Below are positions 26,632 through 34,469 of a DNA stretch of 54,006 nt, piece by piece. A program made the translations under genes and the position numbers. Source of the DNA: an uncultured Candidatus Saccharibacteria bacterium (GTDB lineage Bacteria > Patescibacteriota > Doudnabacteria > UBA920); the NCBI GenBank assembly GCA_964524915.1, contig CAZGEB010000003.1:3263-57268 (forward strand), in the 5' to 3' direction. Each line of letters begins with the position of its first letter. Positions within the stretch are counted from its first letter, which is position 1. The notes under the pieces were generated by a model. The model had not been told where the DNA came from. It was given only the letters and a program-made list of their open reading frames with translations, and made no database searches.

Positions 26632-27795
26632 ATGCAAACTCCTCCCCCCAATTTAATAGTCATTGCCGGCCCCACATCCAGCGGAAAATCTGAGCTAGCG
26701 GTCAAAATCGCAAAAAAAATTGGCGGGGAAATCATTTCCGCAGATTCCCGCCAAGTTTACCGCGGTTTAAATATTGGAACAGGCAAAGTTGAGGGAGAAT
26801 GGCAGAAAGTATCCTTAATCCGTAATCCTTTATCCTTAACAAACACAAAACAGCAAACAGGAAAAGATAAAAATGTAATTTCAAATTCAAACCCCCCGCT
26901 CTTAGTCAAGGATCAAAGATTAAAGATTAAGGATAGCAATGTTTTTGTTTACAAAAAAGTATTACACCACTGTATAGACTTTGTAAACCCCAAAAAACAA
27001 TACACTGTCAATGATTTTAAAAAAGATGGACAAAAAGCCATTGAGGATATTTATTCTCGCGGAAAAATCCCGATCATCTGTGGCGGCACAGGCCACTATA
27101 TAGATGCACTGATTTTTGATCAAAATATTCCAGAAGTTCCACCAGATGAAAAATTTAGAAAAAAAATGGAAAAAAAATCCGCAGAAAATCTTTTCTTGCT
27201 ATTGAGCAAAAAAGATCCAGCCCGCGCGAGTAATATAGATAGAAATAATAAACGTCGCCTCATCCGCGCCCTAGAAATCATCCACCATACCAAAAAACCC
27301 GTCCCCTATTTTTCCCCCTCCCCTAGTGAGGGGAGGGCTGGGGAGAGGTTGCACCACGACCGCATAGACCTGCCCACTCCTGCTGACCGGGAATCCATAT
27401 TATCAAATCCTGGATCCTGGATCGCAGTCGCAGAGCCTCCTTTGTCCGGGACGACAAGATTAGAAATAATACTTTTGACTCCACCCCGCCAAGAACTTTA
27501 CCAAAAAATCGAAAAGCGCCTCATTCAAAGAGTGAAGATGGGCATGGTTGAAGAAGTGCTAAAGTTACACCAAAACGGCCTATCCTGGAAACGCATGGAG
27601 TCCCTCGGTCTAGAGTACCGTCACATTGCAAGATTTTTACAAGAAAATAAAAATGTATTCCTAAAAACTAAAAACTCGCAACTAAAAACTCAATTTCTAT
27701 CTTCCTCTCACTTTCAAACTCTCCTTCAAGAAAGCAAAAATTATAGTAAACGCCAAGAAACTTGGTTTAGAAAATATAAAACAGCCGCAAACTAA
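26632..27795 (+). CDS. miaA: tRNA dimethylallyltransferase
   Basis: IAGPTSSGKSELAV P-loop, ISADSRQVYRGLNIGTGK and GGTGHYIDALIF. At 387 aa it is enlarged by several repeat-derived insertions. Confidence 0.9.
   Translation: MQTPPPNLIVIAGPTSSGKSELAVKIAKKIGGEIISADSRQVYRGLNIGTGKVEGEWQKVSLIRNPLSLTNTKQQTGKDKNVISNSNPPLLVKDQRLKIKDSNVFVYKKVLHHCIDFVNPKKQYTVNDFKKDGQKAIEDIYSRGKIPIICGGTGHYIDALIFDQNIPEVPPDEKFRKKMEKKSAENLFLLLSKKDPARASNIDRNNKRRLIRALEIIHHTKKPVPYFSPSPSEGRAGERLHHDRIDLPTPADRESILSNPGSWIAVAEPPLSGTTRLEIILLTPPRQELYQKIEKRLIQRVKMGMVEEVLKLHQNGLSWKRMESLGLEYRHIARFLQENKNVFLKTKNSQLKTQFLSSSHFQTLLQESKNYSKRQETWFRKYKTAAN
26811..26934. repeat. Insertion in miaA bounded by inverted heptamer arrays
   Basis: ATCCTTA ATCCGTA ATCCTTT ATCCTTA (26811-26838) .. 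CAAGGAT CAAAGAT TAAAGAT TAAGGAT (26907-26934), translated as VSLIRNPLSLTN..KDQRLKIKDS. Confidence 0.8.
27314..27351 (+). repeat. Family-B element, in frame in miaA
   Basis: CCCTCCCC-TAGTGA-GGGGAGGG-CTGGGGAGAGGTTG, translated as PSPSEGRAGERL. Confidence 0.8.
27386..27458. mobile_element. Degenerate family-A-like module fused to heptamers, in frame in miaA
   Basis: ACCGGGAATCC..ATCCTGGATCCTGGATCGCAGTCGCAG..GTCCGGGACGACAAG, translated as DRESILSNPGSWIAVAEPPLSGTT. Confidence 0.45.
27661..27695 (+). repeat. Degenerate heptamer array (CTAAAAA-like)x5, in frame in miaA
   Basis: CTAAAAA CTAAAAA CTCGCAA CTAAAAA CTCAATT, translated as LKTKNSQLKTQF. Confidence 0.7.
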
Positions 27796-27806
27796 CGGCT
27801 GTTTTT
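27781..27806 (+). terminator. Intrinsic terminator of miaA
   Basis: ACAGCCG-CAAACTAA-CGGCTGT followed by TTTTC. The loop contains the miaA stop codon. Confidence 0.6.
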
Positions 27807-27826
27807 CTAAATAAAATGTTTAAATA

Positions 27827-28609
27827 CTACGGTTGCAACACCTGAGCGGGAATTGCCCACTTAGTGCCTACAATCTTCGCTGCCCGCCCACCGGCAACTG
27901 TAACTATGAAACTCGGATTTGTAACTATTTGATCCGTAACAAAAATATTTCCTTGTCTGGTCCAATGAATAGGTTGAGTATTCACACGACCATCTATAAC
28001 TGTAACAGTCTCAACAGTCCTAATCTCGCCCTCTTTTACAGCAGACTCAACGGCGGTTGTTCCTGGCACAGCTACAACCCGCTCGCGAGATGCCGATGTG
28101 GCAGCGGCATTACTACCCATTGGCCACGGCATCCCATTATTATCAGAAGAACTACTCTGGCCCTTCCTGTAAACAATCTTTCCACCCGTGTCAGTATTAT
28201 AAGCTGTATTATTAGAACCCACTACTGGACCAGTAGGTTGTTCTTGAGCGGCGGGCGACTGTCCTCTTTCAGCTGGAGTAAACTGTACGGCATCGGTCTT
28301 CTTAAGCTCAAAATGTTCAGTTTCAATTACTTCAGATGTAGGGGTGGTTTTTGGCTTATCACCACCAATCATACTCGCAGCCTTGTTATATAAACCAGAA
28401 ATGGACCACTCAGCACCACTCTTTCCATCTGGTGTTGGCGTAGGCTTCGCCTCAGTCTCTGCGACAGCAGACTTACCTTTTTTATCTTTAGTGTTCTCTG
28501 CATACTCAGCCCGTGCTGCATGCTTTACACTCTCACAAGAGGTTAACCCCACAGTAGACACTGTTGCAATAACCCCATACAAAAATGCCTTACGATATAG
28601 CTTGTCCAT
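27827..28609 (-). CDS. Hypothetical lipoprotein
   Basis: Signal peptide with a VGLTSC lipobox and a low-complexity Pro/Thr/Ser linker. Its own consensus promoter lies at 28648-28676. The region is visibly richer in G+C than its flanks. Confidence 0.65.
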   Translation of the reverse strand: MDKLYRKAFLYGVIATVSTVGLTSCESVKHAARAEYAENTKDKKGKSAVAETEAKPTPTPDGKSGAEWSISGLYNKAASMIGGDKPKTTPTSEVIETEHFELKKTDAVQFTPAERGQSPAAQEQPTGPVVGSNNTAYNTDTGGKIVYRKGQSSSSDNNGMPWPMGSNAAATSASRERVVAVPGTTAVESAVKEGEIRTVETVTVIDGRVNTQPIHWTRQGNIFVTDQIVTNPSFIVTVAGGRAAKIVGTKWAIPAQVLQP

Positions 28610-28647
28610 ATAATAAATAAAAGCTAAATTACTAGAAAAACAAGATA

Positions 28648-28676
28648 ATTATGCTCCTAAAAAAGCAATTTGTCAA
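28648..28676 (-). promoter_or_regulatory. Sigma-70-type promoter for the lipoprotein gene 27827..28609
   Basis: The minus strand reads TTGACA-N17-CATAAT (-35 at 28671-28676, -10 at 28648-28653). Confidence 0.6.
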
Positions 28677-28768
28677 AGGGAATAAATTTACAAAAAAACC
28701 GAAAAGTTTCATGACAACGCGCACATAAAAATGCATAAAAATGTCACAAAACTTTCCGGCAGGCACTT

Positions 28769-29077
28769 TCAGCCAAGAAAGTGCCCAATAAATCCCAGTA
28801 TGTCGCCCAAAATAGCGGCGGCGAAGTACGCCACCACAAATATCCAGGCGTACTCATTGGGCTCTATATCGATTCTTTTTCCGGCGAGAAAGTCCAAGAC
28901 CCAGGCCAGAAAAAGAACCTCGACAGCGACCAGTAGGCTGTAGCTGGTTCCGTCGAACCAGCTAGGTCTCCAAGAGCCTAGCAGGTAAAACGGTGACCAC
29001 CTCAGCCACCTCAGAACCAGCGCTGTAATAACCGCACCCGCCAACTGGCGGGCCGGTCCAGCAGAAGTTTCCTTCAT
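28769..29077 (-). CDS. Small hypothetical membrane protein (3 predicted TM, 102 aa)
   Basis: ATG at 29077 preceded by GGAAAGGAGAAAAAACA (a strong SD). The track start at 29113 adds 12 residues with no support. Confidence 0.55.
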   Translation of the reverse strand: MKETSAGPARQLAGAVITALVLRWLRWSPFYLLGSWRPSWFDGTSYSLLVAVEVLFLAWVLDFLAGKRIDIEPNEYAWIFVVAYFAAAILGDILGFIGHFLG

Positions 29078-29323
29078 TGTTTTTTCTCCTTTCCGACCTT
29101 TCCCTTGACACACGCGTCAAGGCGGTCCGAAAATTGGTCTGGGGTGCGCGTCCCAGCCGAGAAGAAAAAGTTTTTCTTCTGTTTGGTGTTTTTTTGACCA
29201 CTCCAATTCGGAACTGGAATGACAAAAAAACTAAAATAACCAAACAGCATCAGCCCTCTCGCATAAGAGGACCGGATTTCCCCGTTCGCCTAGGCGAACG
29301 GAGTGAATAGACAGAATATTCCC

Positions 29324-29420
29324 CTGTCATTGCGAGAAGTCGGCTCTGCGACGACGAAGCAATCCAGAAAAATACATGGATTGCCGCGTCCCTACGAAAC
29401 GTAGGGCCTCGCAATGACGG
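29324..29420. mobile_element. Family-A-related ~97-bp palindromic element (GTCATTGCGAG termini)
   Basis: CTGTCATTGCGAGA..CCTCGCAATGACGG with inner hairpins GCAATCCA..TGGATTGC and CCCTACG-AAA-CGTAGGG. Confidence 0.7.
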
Positions 29421-29502
29421 AAAGAAATTCCGTCATTCTTTGTTAAGCGTGGAGTTTAGGCCACGCCTTACCAAAACGGAATTAACCCGCCTTGGAACTA
29501 AA

Positions 29503-29543
29503 CACTCGCACGCCTGTGCAGTGCGAGTGGCATTTTATTTTTC
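29503..29543 (+). terminator. Orphan plus-strand intrinsic terminator with no upstream plus-strand ORF
   Basis: 9-bp stem CACTCGCAC/GTGCGAGTG, then GCATTTTATTTTTC. Confidence 0.55.
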
Positions 29544-29825
29544 TATCAAAGAGCTTTTGCTAATATCTGCCGAAACAGAAAATTAGCAAAGTGTAAGTTT
29601 TCTGTCTGTGTTACCACAAACAAAAAACAAACACGGACTTTTCGAGTCCAGGCATATTATAGCATTTTTATATAAAAAAGTCAATAATCTACTTTTGCCA
29701 AAAAGGCCAATAAAAACAATAGAAATAAAAGAAAAAAGACCTCTTGAGTACCACCCGGTAACACAAAAGGTCTTAAAATGTACGCAATAAAAATTCAATG
29801 AAAACCAACCACCATTTTTCTCTAT

Positions 29826-30914
29826 CTAATTCTTTCGCGGAATTTTTATAAAAAATTGACCGTTCGTGGCCTTGCAAACATTCTTGCCACTAGCACGCTG
29901 CGCTGGAGAATAATCATAATTGATATTATCTATCTTGCCACAATCCGAAACGATATTTCCACCACTCACATTTGAGCCTCCCGTTCCACCACGCCCCACA
30001 TCTTCAGACGGATTTTCCCTCCTCGTAATATTTCTATTATCCAAAGGCGCTACTTGTATCTGCGGATTTGCATTTTGCACTTCATCTACCCGGCGCATCA
30101 TTTCAGATTGAGACCGTTCGTTTGACCGAGGGAGCGGTATCTCCCTACCCCCTTCCCAATAAGTAGTCCCTGAACTGACAATGCTATTTTTAGTATCTTC
30201 AGATGTTCTGACATCATTTATACAATTTGGATTTGCGCAAGGATCTAATCTATAATTAAACTGACGTTTTGACACAGCTGCAGTATACAAACGGAAAAAT
30301 TTATACTCCGTATTCCCATTCATGTCAGTTATACCTAAGCAATATACATTAGTAGAATGTTTTGCGTCATAAATGGTTTGGCTGTGTACGGGGGTAGATT
30401 CCAACATTGCTTGATTTTCTCTGTATTGAGCAGTAGAACGATCTAGCTTGTAAACCGACACACTACATTTTGGATCTCTCAACTGACCATATTTACTAAA
30501 CATATCTTGCACAAGAGGAAGGGCCAAAGAAGCTGGCATTTCCTGTTCCAACCAAGGGCTTACAAAATATTTCGCAAGCGTTTTGCTCCTATTTTTGATG
30601 AAAGCATTCGACTCTGGCTCAGTAAGATTATCGAGTTTGGAGGCAGGGAAAGACAAAACCAAATCATGAAATTCCTCTGCTTTATCCGCAACACCGTGAG
30701 TAAGCCTACTTACCAACTTACTGGCGCCATCCAAAACTTGACCAACAGTAGATTCGTGAACTTGCTCGCCAAAAGAAAGATCTCCGGATCCTGCAAATTC
30801 TTGCTCTTTTTCAAACCGAATCTCAGGATTTGAACCCTTTAAATAGTTAGCAGACAAACTAGCAACGGCAAGAAGGCCTAAAGTCAACTGCCAACCCTTG
30901 ATCTCTCTAGACAT
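29826..30914 (-). CDS. Hypothetical N-terminally anchored or secreted protein
   Basis: N-terminal hydrophobic segment WQLTLGLLAVASLSA. Last gene of a three-gene same-strand cluster. I recognise no motif. Confidence 0.6.
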   Translation of the reverse strand: MSREIKGWQLTLGLLAVASLSANYLKGSNPEIRFEKEQEFAGSGDLSFGEQVHESTVGQVLDGASKLVSRLTHGVADKAEEFHDLVLSFPASKLDNLTEPESNAFIKNRSKTLAKYFVSPWLEQEMPASLALPLVQDMFSKYGQLRDPKCSVSVYKLDRSTAQYRENQAMLESTPVHSQTIYDAKHSTNVYCLGITDMNGNTEYKFFRLYTAAVSKRQFNYRLDPCANPNCINDVRTSEDTKNSIVSSGTTYWEGGREIPLPRSNERSQSEMMRRVDEVQNANPQIQVAPLDNRNITRRENPSEDVGRGGTGGSNVSGGNIVSDCGKIDNINYDYSPAQRASGKNVCKATNGQFFIKIPRKN

Positions 30915-30953
30915 AATCTATTCTCTAAAACCAATTTAATTACAAAACAATAA

Positions 30954-31340
30954 TTATTCAAAACCATTTTGACTCGCTAAATGCAAATTTATTCTTTTAA
31001 TCTTTTTATAAACACTCGCAAAGACTTCCTCGGGTTTCCTACAAATACTGACCTTTTTACCATTTGAATATACGCGCCCCATCTCGCCTGTAAGTAGTTT
31101 ATCCGCTTCATCTGCATGTTCTGGATACAAAGCCTCTATAGTGGCAGTCACATCAACTAATGCCTGCTCGTCTGGTTGAAATTCAGATTTTATAAGCCCT
31201 CTTTGTCTTTCAAATCTCTCACTCAACCGCGCCTGATACCCGGAGTCTTTATTTACAAAATCATTTGGGCCTGCTTCCACCACTGTTCCACTCCCATACA
31301 GAGGAAGCTCACGTGGTACTCCCTCACCAACTTCTTTCAT
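30954..31340 (-). CDS. Hypothetical protein (128 aa)
   Basis: ATG start. Middle gene of the 33154-29826 cluster, with 39-nt and 53-nt spacers to its neighbours. Confidence 0.55.
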   Translation of the reverse strand: MKEVGEGVPRELPLYGSGTVVEAGPNDFVNKDSGYQARLSERFERQRGLIKSEFQPDEQALVDVTATIEALYPEHADEADKLLTGEMGRVYSNGKKVSICRKPEEVFASVYKKIKRINLHLASQNGFE

Positions 31341-31393
31341 CTTCGGCCACCAGCCGTTATCAGCACTAAACCCAAACTGCCTTCTAGGCGTTA

Positions 31394-33154
31394 CTAACGT
31401 TTTTTTTTAGGATTAGCAGAATCACTGCTAACATCCACCTTAAACATATCTGTGTCCACATCAATCTGTAAATTACACATAACACAAAGTTTGACACGCA
31501 GTTCATCCAACTGCTCTTCTGTCATGGTGTTCAAATTATTCTTATCTACACGACCAACCCCACCCACAATCATTTCGGATAAATTAATATTGTTACTATC
31601 TACTAATGCGATTATCTCAGCAATAATAGACACTTTATCTAATTTATAACGTTCAATTAAATCTTTACGCTTCCACCCATTAGCTAATTCTCTCATGGTG
31701 GTGCGCTCCATAATCGCTTGCTCTATTTGCATTTTTGAATTCGCCAGAGCGTTCGCCCTTGTAAGGTCCATAATTGCATCAGTGGTAAAACCAACCGCAG
31801 CGGCTTCTACAAAATCCAGGACGTCATCCCATCGCTGAATAGCAGAGACCGCTCCAGCCACTTCAGCTAAATAATCTTTCATTAAGCTCATTACGGTCTC
31901 CTCTTGGCCACTAATGGCCCTAGCGGAATGTGCTAATGCAGCCAAAGCTTCAGCCTTGACTTTCGCAGCATCTTTAACACGCTGTGCTAACGCCCTAGAA
32001 TGAAGAGAAGACGCCGAAGCAGGCAAGGTATTTTCATTCATACTTTGCAGCCTCGCCATTTTTGCCTGGTCTGCTTTTAAAGCCAATTGAGCTTGCTTTT
32101 CTGCCAAAACTGCTAGATGAACCCTAGAAAGCAAGCTGGCTAAAACATCACCCTCTCCAGGATTAATACTTTCTATCATCTCTTTTAGCTGAATCTCCAA
32201 CGATGCAACCTCTCTAATATGGGATTCTAAGTTTCCAATCAATTGCAAATCAGCCGCCACAATCAAATCATCAGCCGCCTGTAAAGCCCTACCCATTTCT
32301 CCAGTAGCAAAATAAAACTGTGTAAAATTAGTAAGTGTTACCCTGCTTGGTATATGATCTGCCACAGATTCACTCACTTTCCCAACTAAATTCTTTGTTT
32401 TTATGGCCAAACTAGTGGCTGCGCCAGATGCTGATATATCTGCCCATCTAAAAGCTCGTCTTAAAAAAGGCAATTTCTCCCCGACACGCTTCTTGGCAGC
32501 ATCCAGATAAACCAAATTAATATCATTCACCTTTTTAGACAAGCTGTCAGCAAACACAGTAGTTATCTCTAACTGCTGGCTATTCTCATTTGGGGCTATA
32601 TCAGTAATATCTGATAATTTTATAATGGCAGCTCGTCTCTTACTGGCCTCTTGAACAATAGACTTTCGCACTGCACGACTTGACTTAAGAAAACTGTCAA
32701 TAAGAACTCCGGACCTAGCACTATTACCAGCTCTTCGCGCAGCTTGTGCCACCCTCATGGGAAGCTTGCCGATAACAACTTCTTGGCCGTCTGTATCTAG
32801 CTCATAAAATTCTACATTTTGACCATTATCAACTATTTTATAAGATGCTTCAGCATCCATAACCATCGATATCATCTTTGACTGCTCTCTATGCGCATGT
32901 ATAAAAGACAATGTGGTGTTCCAGATTAAATCATGTAATTCCTGCGCAGCTTTAACTTGTCCTTCATGATCAGCACCACTAATTTTCCTACGAGCACCTG
33001 CAATATCCTCCTCATCTTTTTCTTCACCAGAAAACAATGAGGCCTTCTCCCGAACAGCCAGTGGAGCAAACTCAGAATTGGCTTCCTGAAACCCCTGGTA
33101 ATATTCTCTAGGGATAGGTCCCGTATGAACTTTTTTTTTCGATATCTCTGGCAT
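31394..33154 (-). CDS. Hypothetical large alpha-helical cytoplasmic protein (586 aa)
   Basis: No signal peptide or TM, an Ala/Leu/Glu/Lys-rich helical composition and no nucleotide-binding motif. A consensus promoter lies upstream at 33252-33280. Confidence 0.6.
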   Translation of the reverse strand: MPEISKKKVHTGPIPREYYQGFQEANSEFAPLAVREKASLFSGEEKDEEDIAGARRKISGADHEGQVKAAQELHDLIWNTTLSFIHAHREQSKMISMVMDAEASYKIVDNGQNVEFYELDTDGQEVVIGKLPMRVAQAARRAGNSARSGVLIDSFLKSSRAVRKSIVQEASKRRAAIIKLSDITDIAPNENSQQLEITTVFADSLSKKVNDINLVYLDAAKKRVGEKLPFLRRAFRWADISASGAATSLAIKTKNLVGKVSESVADHIPSRVTLTNFTQFYFATGEMGRALQAADDLIVAADLQLIGNLESHIREVASLEIQLKEMIESINPGEGDVLASLLSRVHLAVLAEKQAQLALKADQAKMARLQSMNENTLPASASSLHSRALAQRVKDAAKVKAEALAALAHSARAISGQEETVMSLMKDYLAEVAGAVSAIQRWDDVLDFVEAAAVGFTTDAIMDLTRANALANSKMQIEQAIMERTTMRELANGWKRKDLIERYKLDKVSIIAEIIALVDSNNINLSEMIVGGVGRVDKNNLNTMTEEQLDELRVKLCVMCNLQIDVDTDMFKVDVSSDSANPKKKR

Positions 33155-33243
33155 AAAAATATTTATACAAAAATCACAAAAACCCTAAAGGCAGATGAAG
33201 AGTATTCAAAAGCTTTTCGGGTTTTTATTTTAAAAACTTATTC

Positions 33244-33272
33244 TTGACAATATTGTACTCCCGTGGAGTAAT
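33244..33272 (+). promoter_or_regulatory. Promoter for the DUF11-like gene 33445..34404
   Basis: TTGACA (33244-33249), N17, AGTAAT (33267-33272). Confidence 0.5.
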
Positions 33273-33280
33273 TTTGTAAA
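33252..33280 (-). promoter_or_regulatory. Promoter for the three-gene operon 33154..29826, overlapping the plus-strand promoter
   Basis: The minus strand reads TTTACA-N17-TACAAT (-35 at 33275-33280, -10 at 33252-33257). Confidence 0.55.
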
Positions 33281-33444
33281 TAGCAAAATACCTCTATTTT
33301 AAGCCAGAATAATGCAAACTTATTGACTTAAGCACTAAACTATCGCACAAAAAAGACTTCGTATAGTTACACCGGGACGGATATTTGCCTCAGAAAATCA
33401 AACATGCTATGTTATCAATACATTGTAAGTAATTAAAAAAGAAC

Positions 33445-34404
33445 ATGAAAAATCATAAATTTCAGTCTCTCAAGACTTTTCTGGCTATCAGCATCATTGC
33501 ATCTGTAAGCCTGGCAGCCGTCACAGAATCAGCCAAAGCCGATTTTATTATTCAAGGCAATGGCAATTTTAGCAAAACCGTCTCCACAGATGAATGCCAA
33601 GGACTCACTCAGGTAGACGTCGGGGAAATTCAGATCAACAGCAATCAAACCGCTACTGTAAACGTAGCAAACAACAATCTTTGCGAAGTTAAAGTTTCTA
33701 TGTCCAGCTACAAAATAATGGACGAAAGATTATCTCATCAAAAATTTATCAGTGGAGTAGGTGCTTTCACCTTGCAACCATACGAAAACAAAACCATGAC
33801 TGTAAGCATAGCTCCATGCGCTACTCAAATAGACGTATGGAACGGACAATACCCAACTATTTTGGATGACAGCAACCCCTACTCTTTTCCAAATGATCCT
33901 TACGTGATCGGCTGGAAAATAGTAAACAAAGGTGCATCTTGTGACCAAACCCCTGTATGCAAATTGCAAGTCAACAAAACTTCAGACAAAGCCATAATTG
34001 GCACAAACGAAGAAGTTACTTTTACTATCCAATTTACAAATGTTGGCACAGCAAACTGCACTGGCAGTGGGGTACATGTAATTGACCAGCTAGATAATCG
34101 CATGACTTTCGTCCGCGAAGACCACTCTGACAATGTCACCTCTAGCTACAACCACGAAGGCACCCACTTCCCTATCTTTGACTATACGACCAACACCTCT
34201 CACTGGGGAGCTGGCACTATAGTCCCAGGACAAACCGAGTGGGTTTCTGTAACCGCAAGACCAGCTTCTGCGAACAGGTTTGTATGCGGACAAAGCATGG
34301 TGTTTAACCAAGCCAAGGCAACCGCATTTGAGCTGGACAATTTCAGTACTTGGATCCCAAGTAATACTGTAATGTTCAAGGTCAAAAAAGATTGCAGAAG
34401 ATAA
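33445..34404 (+). CDS. Secreted protein with DUF11/CARDB-like beta-sandwich domain
   Basis: Signal peptide (ISIIASVSLAAVTESAKA). C-terminal half VNKTSDKAIIGTNEEVTFTIQFTNVGTANCTGSGVHVIDQLDNRMTFV resembles the conserved repeat domain of surface proteins. Confidence 0.6.
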   Translation: MKNHKFQSLKTFLAISIIASVSLAAVTESAKADFIIQGNGNFSKTVSTDECQGLTQVDVGEIQINSNQTATVNVANNNLCEVKVSMSSYKIMDERLSHQKFISGVGAFTLQPYENKTMTVSIAPCATQIDVWNGQYPTILDDSNPYSFPNDPYVIGWKIVNKGASCDQTPVCKLQVNKTSDKAIIGTNEEVTFTIQFTNVGTANCTGSGVHVIDQLDNRMTFVREDHSDNVTSSYNHEGTHFPIFDYTTNTSHWGAGTIVPGQTEWVSVTARPASANRFVCGQSMVFNQAKATAFELDNFSTWIPSNTVMFKVKKDCRR

Positions 34405-34421
34405 AAAAATTTCAAGGCTAA

Positions 34422-34453
34422 TAAAAGACTCCCTTAAAATGGGAGTCTTTTTT
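34422..34453. terminator. Bidirectional terminator between the convergent DUF11-like gene and gatB
   Basis: AAAAGACTCCC-TTAAAAT-GGGAGTCTTTTTT. Confidence 0.7.
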
Positions 34454-34469
34454 CACGCTGATCTAATAC

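Larger units (their letters stand above)
29113..29545. other. G+C-rich, highly structured non-coding stretch (nested palindromes)
   Basis: Hairpins seen: CCTTGAC..GTCAAGG (29103-29122), GAAGAAAAA-G-TTTTTCTTC (29161-29179) and CCGTTCGCCTAGGCGAACGG (29282-29301). Also the 97-bp family-A-like element, AAGCGTGG..CCACGCTT (29446-29469) and the terminator at 29503-29543. No convincing ORF. Confidence 0.4.

Noticed and set aside
27833-28613. Plus-strand ORFs 27833..28393 and 28344..28613
   Set aside because: They are shadow frames opposite the lipoprotein gene in a G+C-richer stretch. The minus-strand ORF has a lipobox signal peptide and a consensus promoter.
29113-29545. Structured non-coding region considered as RNase P RNA, tmRNA, SRP RNA or a known riboswitch
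   Set aside because: I could not find the signature motifs on either strand: GGAAAGTCC-type P4 sequence, tmRNA tRNA-like ends with CCA-proximal TPsiC arm, or the SRP GGAA/AGCA domain IV motif. No riboswitch core that I can recall was present either. It is left as unknown.
29583-29798. Minus-strand 71-aa and plus-strand 60-aa ORFs in the AT-rich spacer
   Set aside because: The composition is Phe/Cys/Lys-rich and typical of AT-rich non-coding DNA, with no SD or promoter. The region contains terminator-like hairpins instead.
27800-34450. Accessory island considered as a prophage or integrative element
   Set aside because: I could recognise no integrase, recombinase, capsid, terminase or tail gene, no flanking tRNA and no direct repeats. 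Only compositional and gene-content oddity remains.
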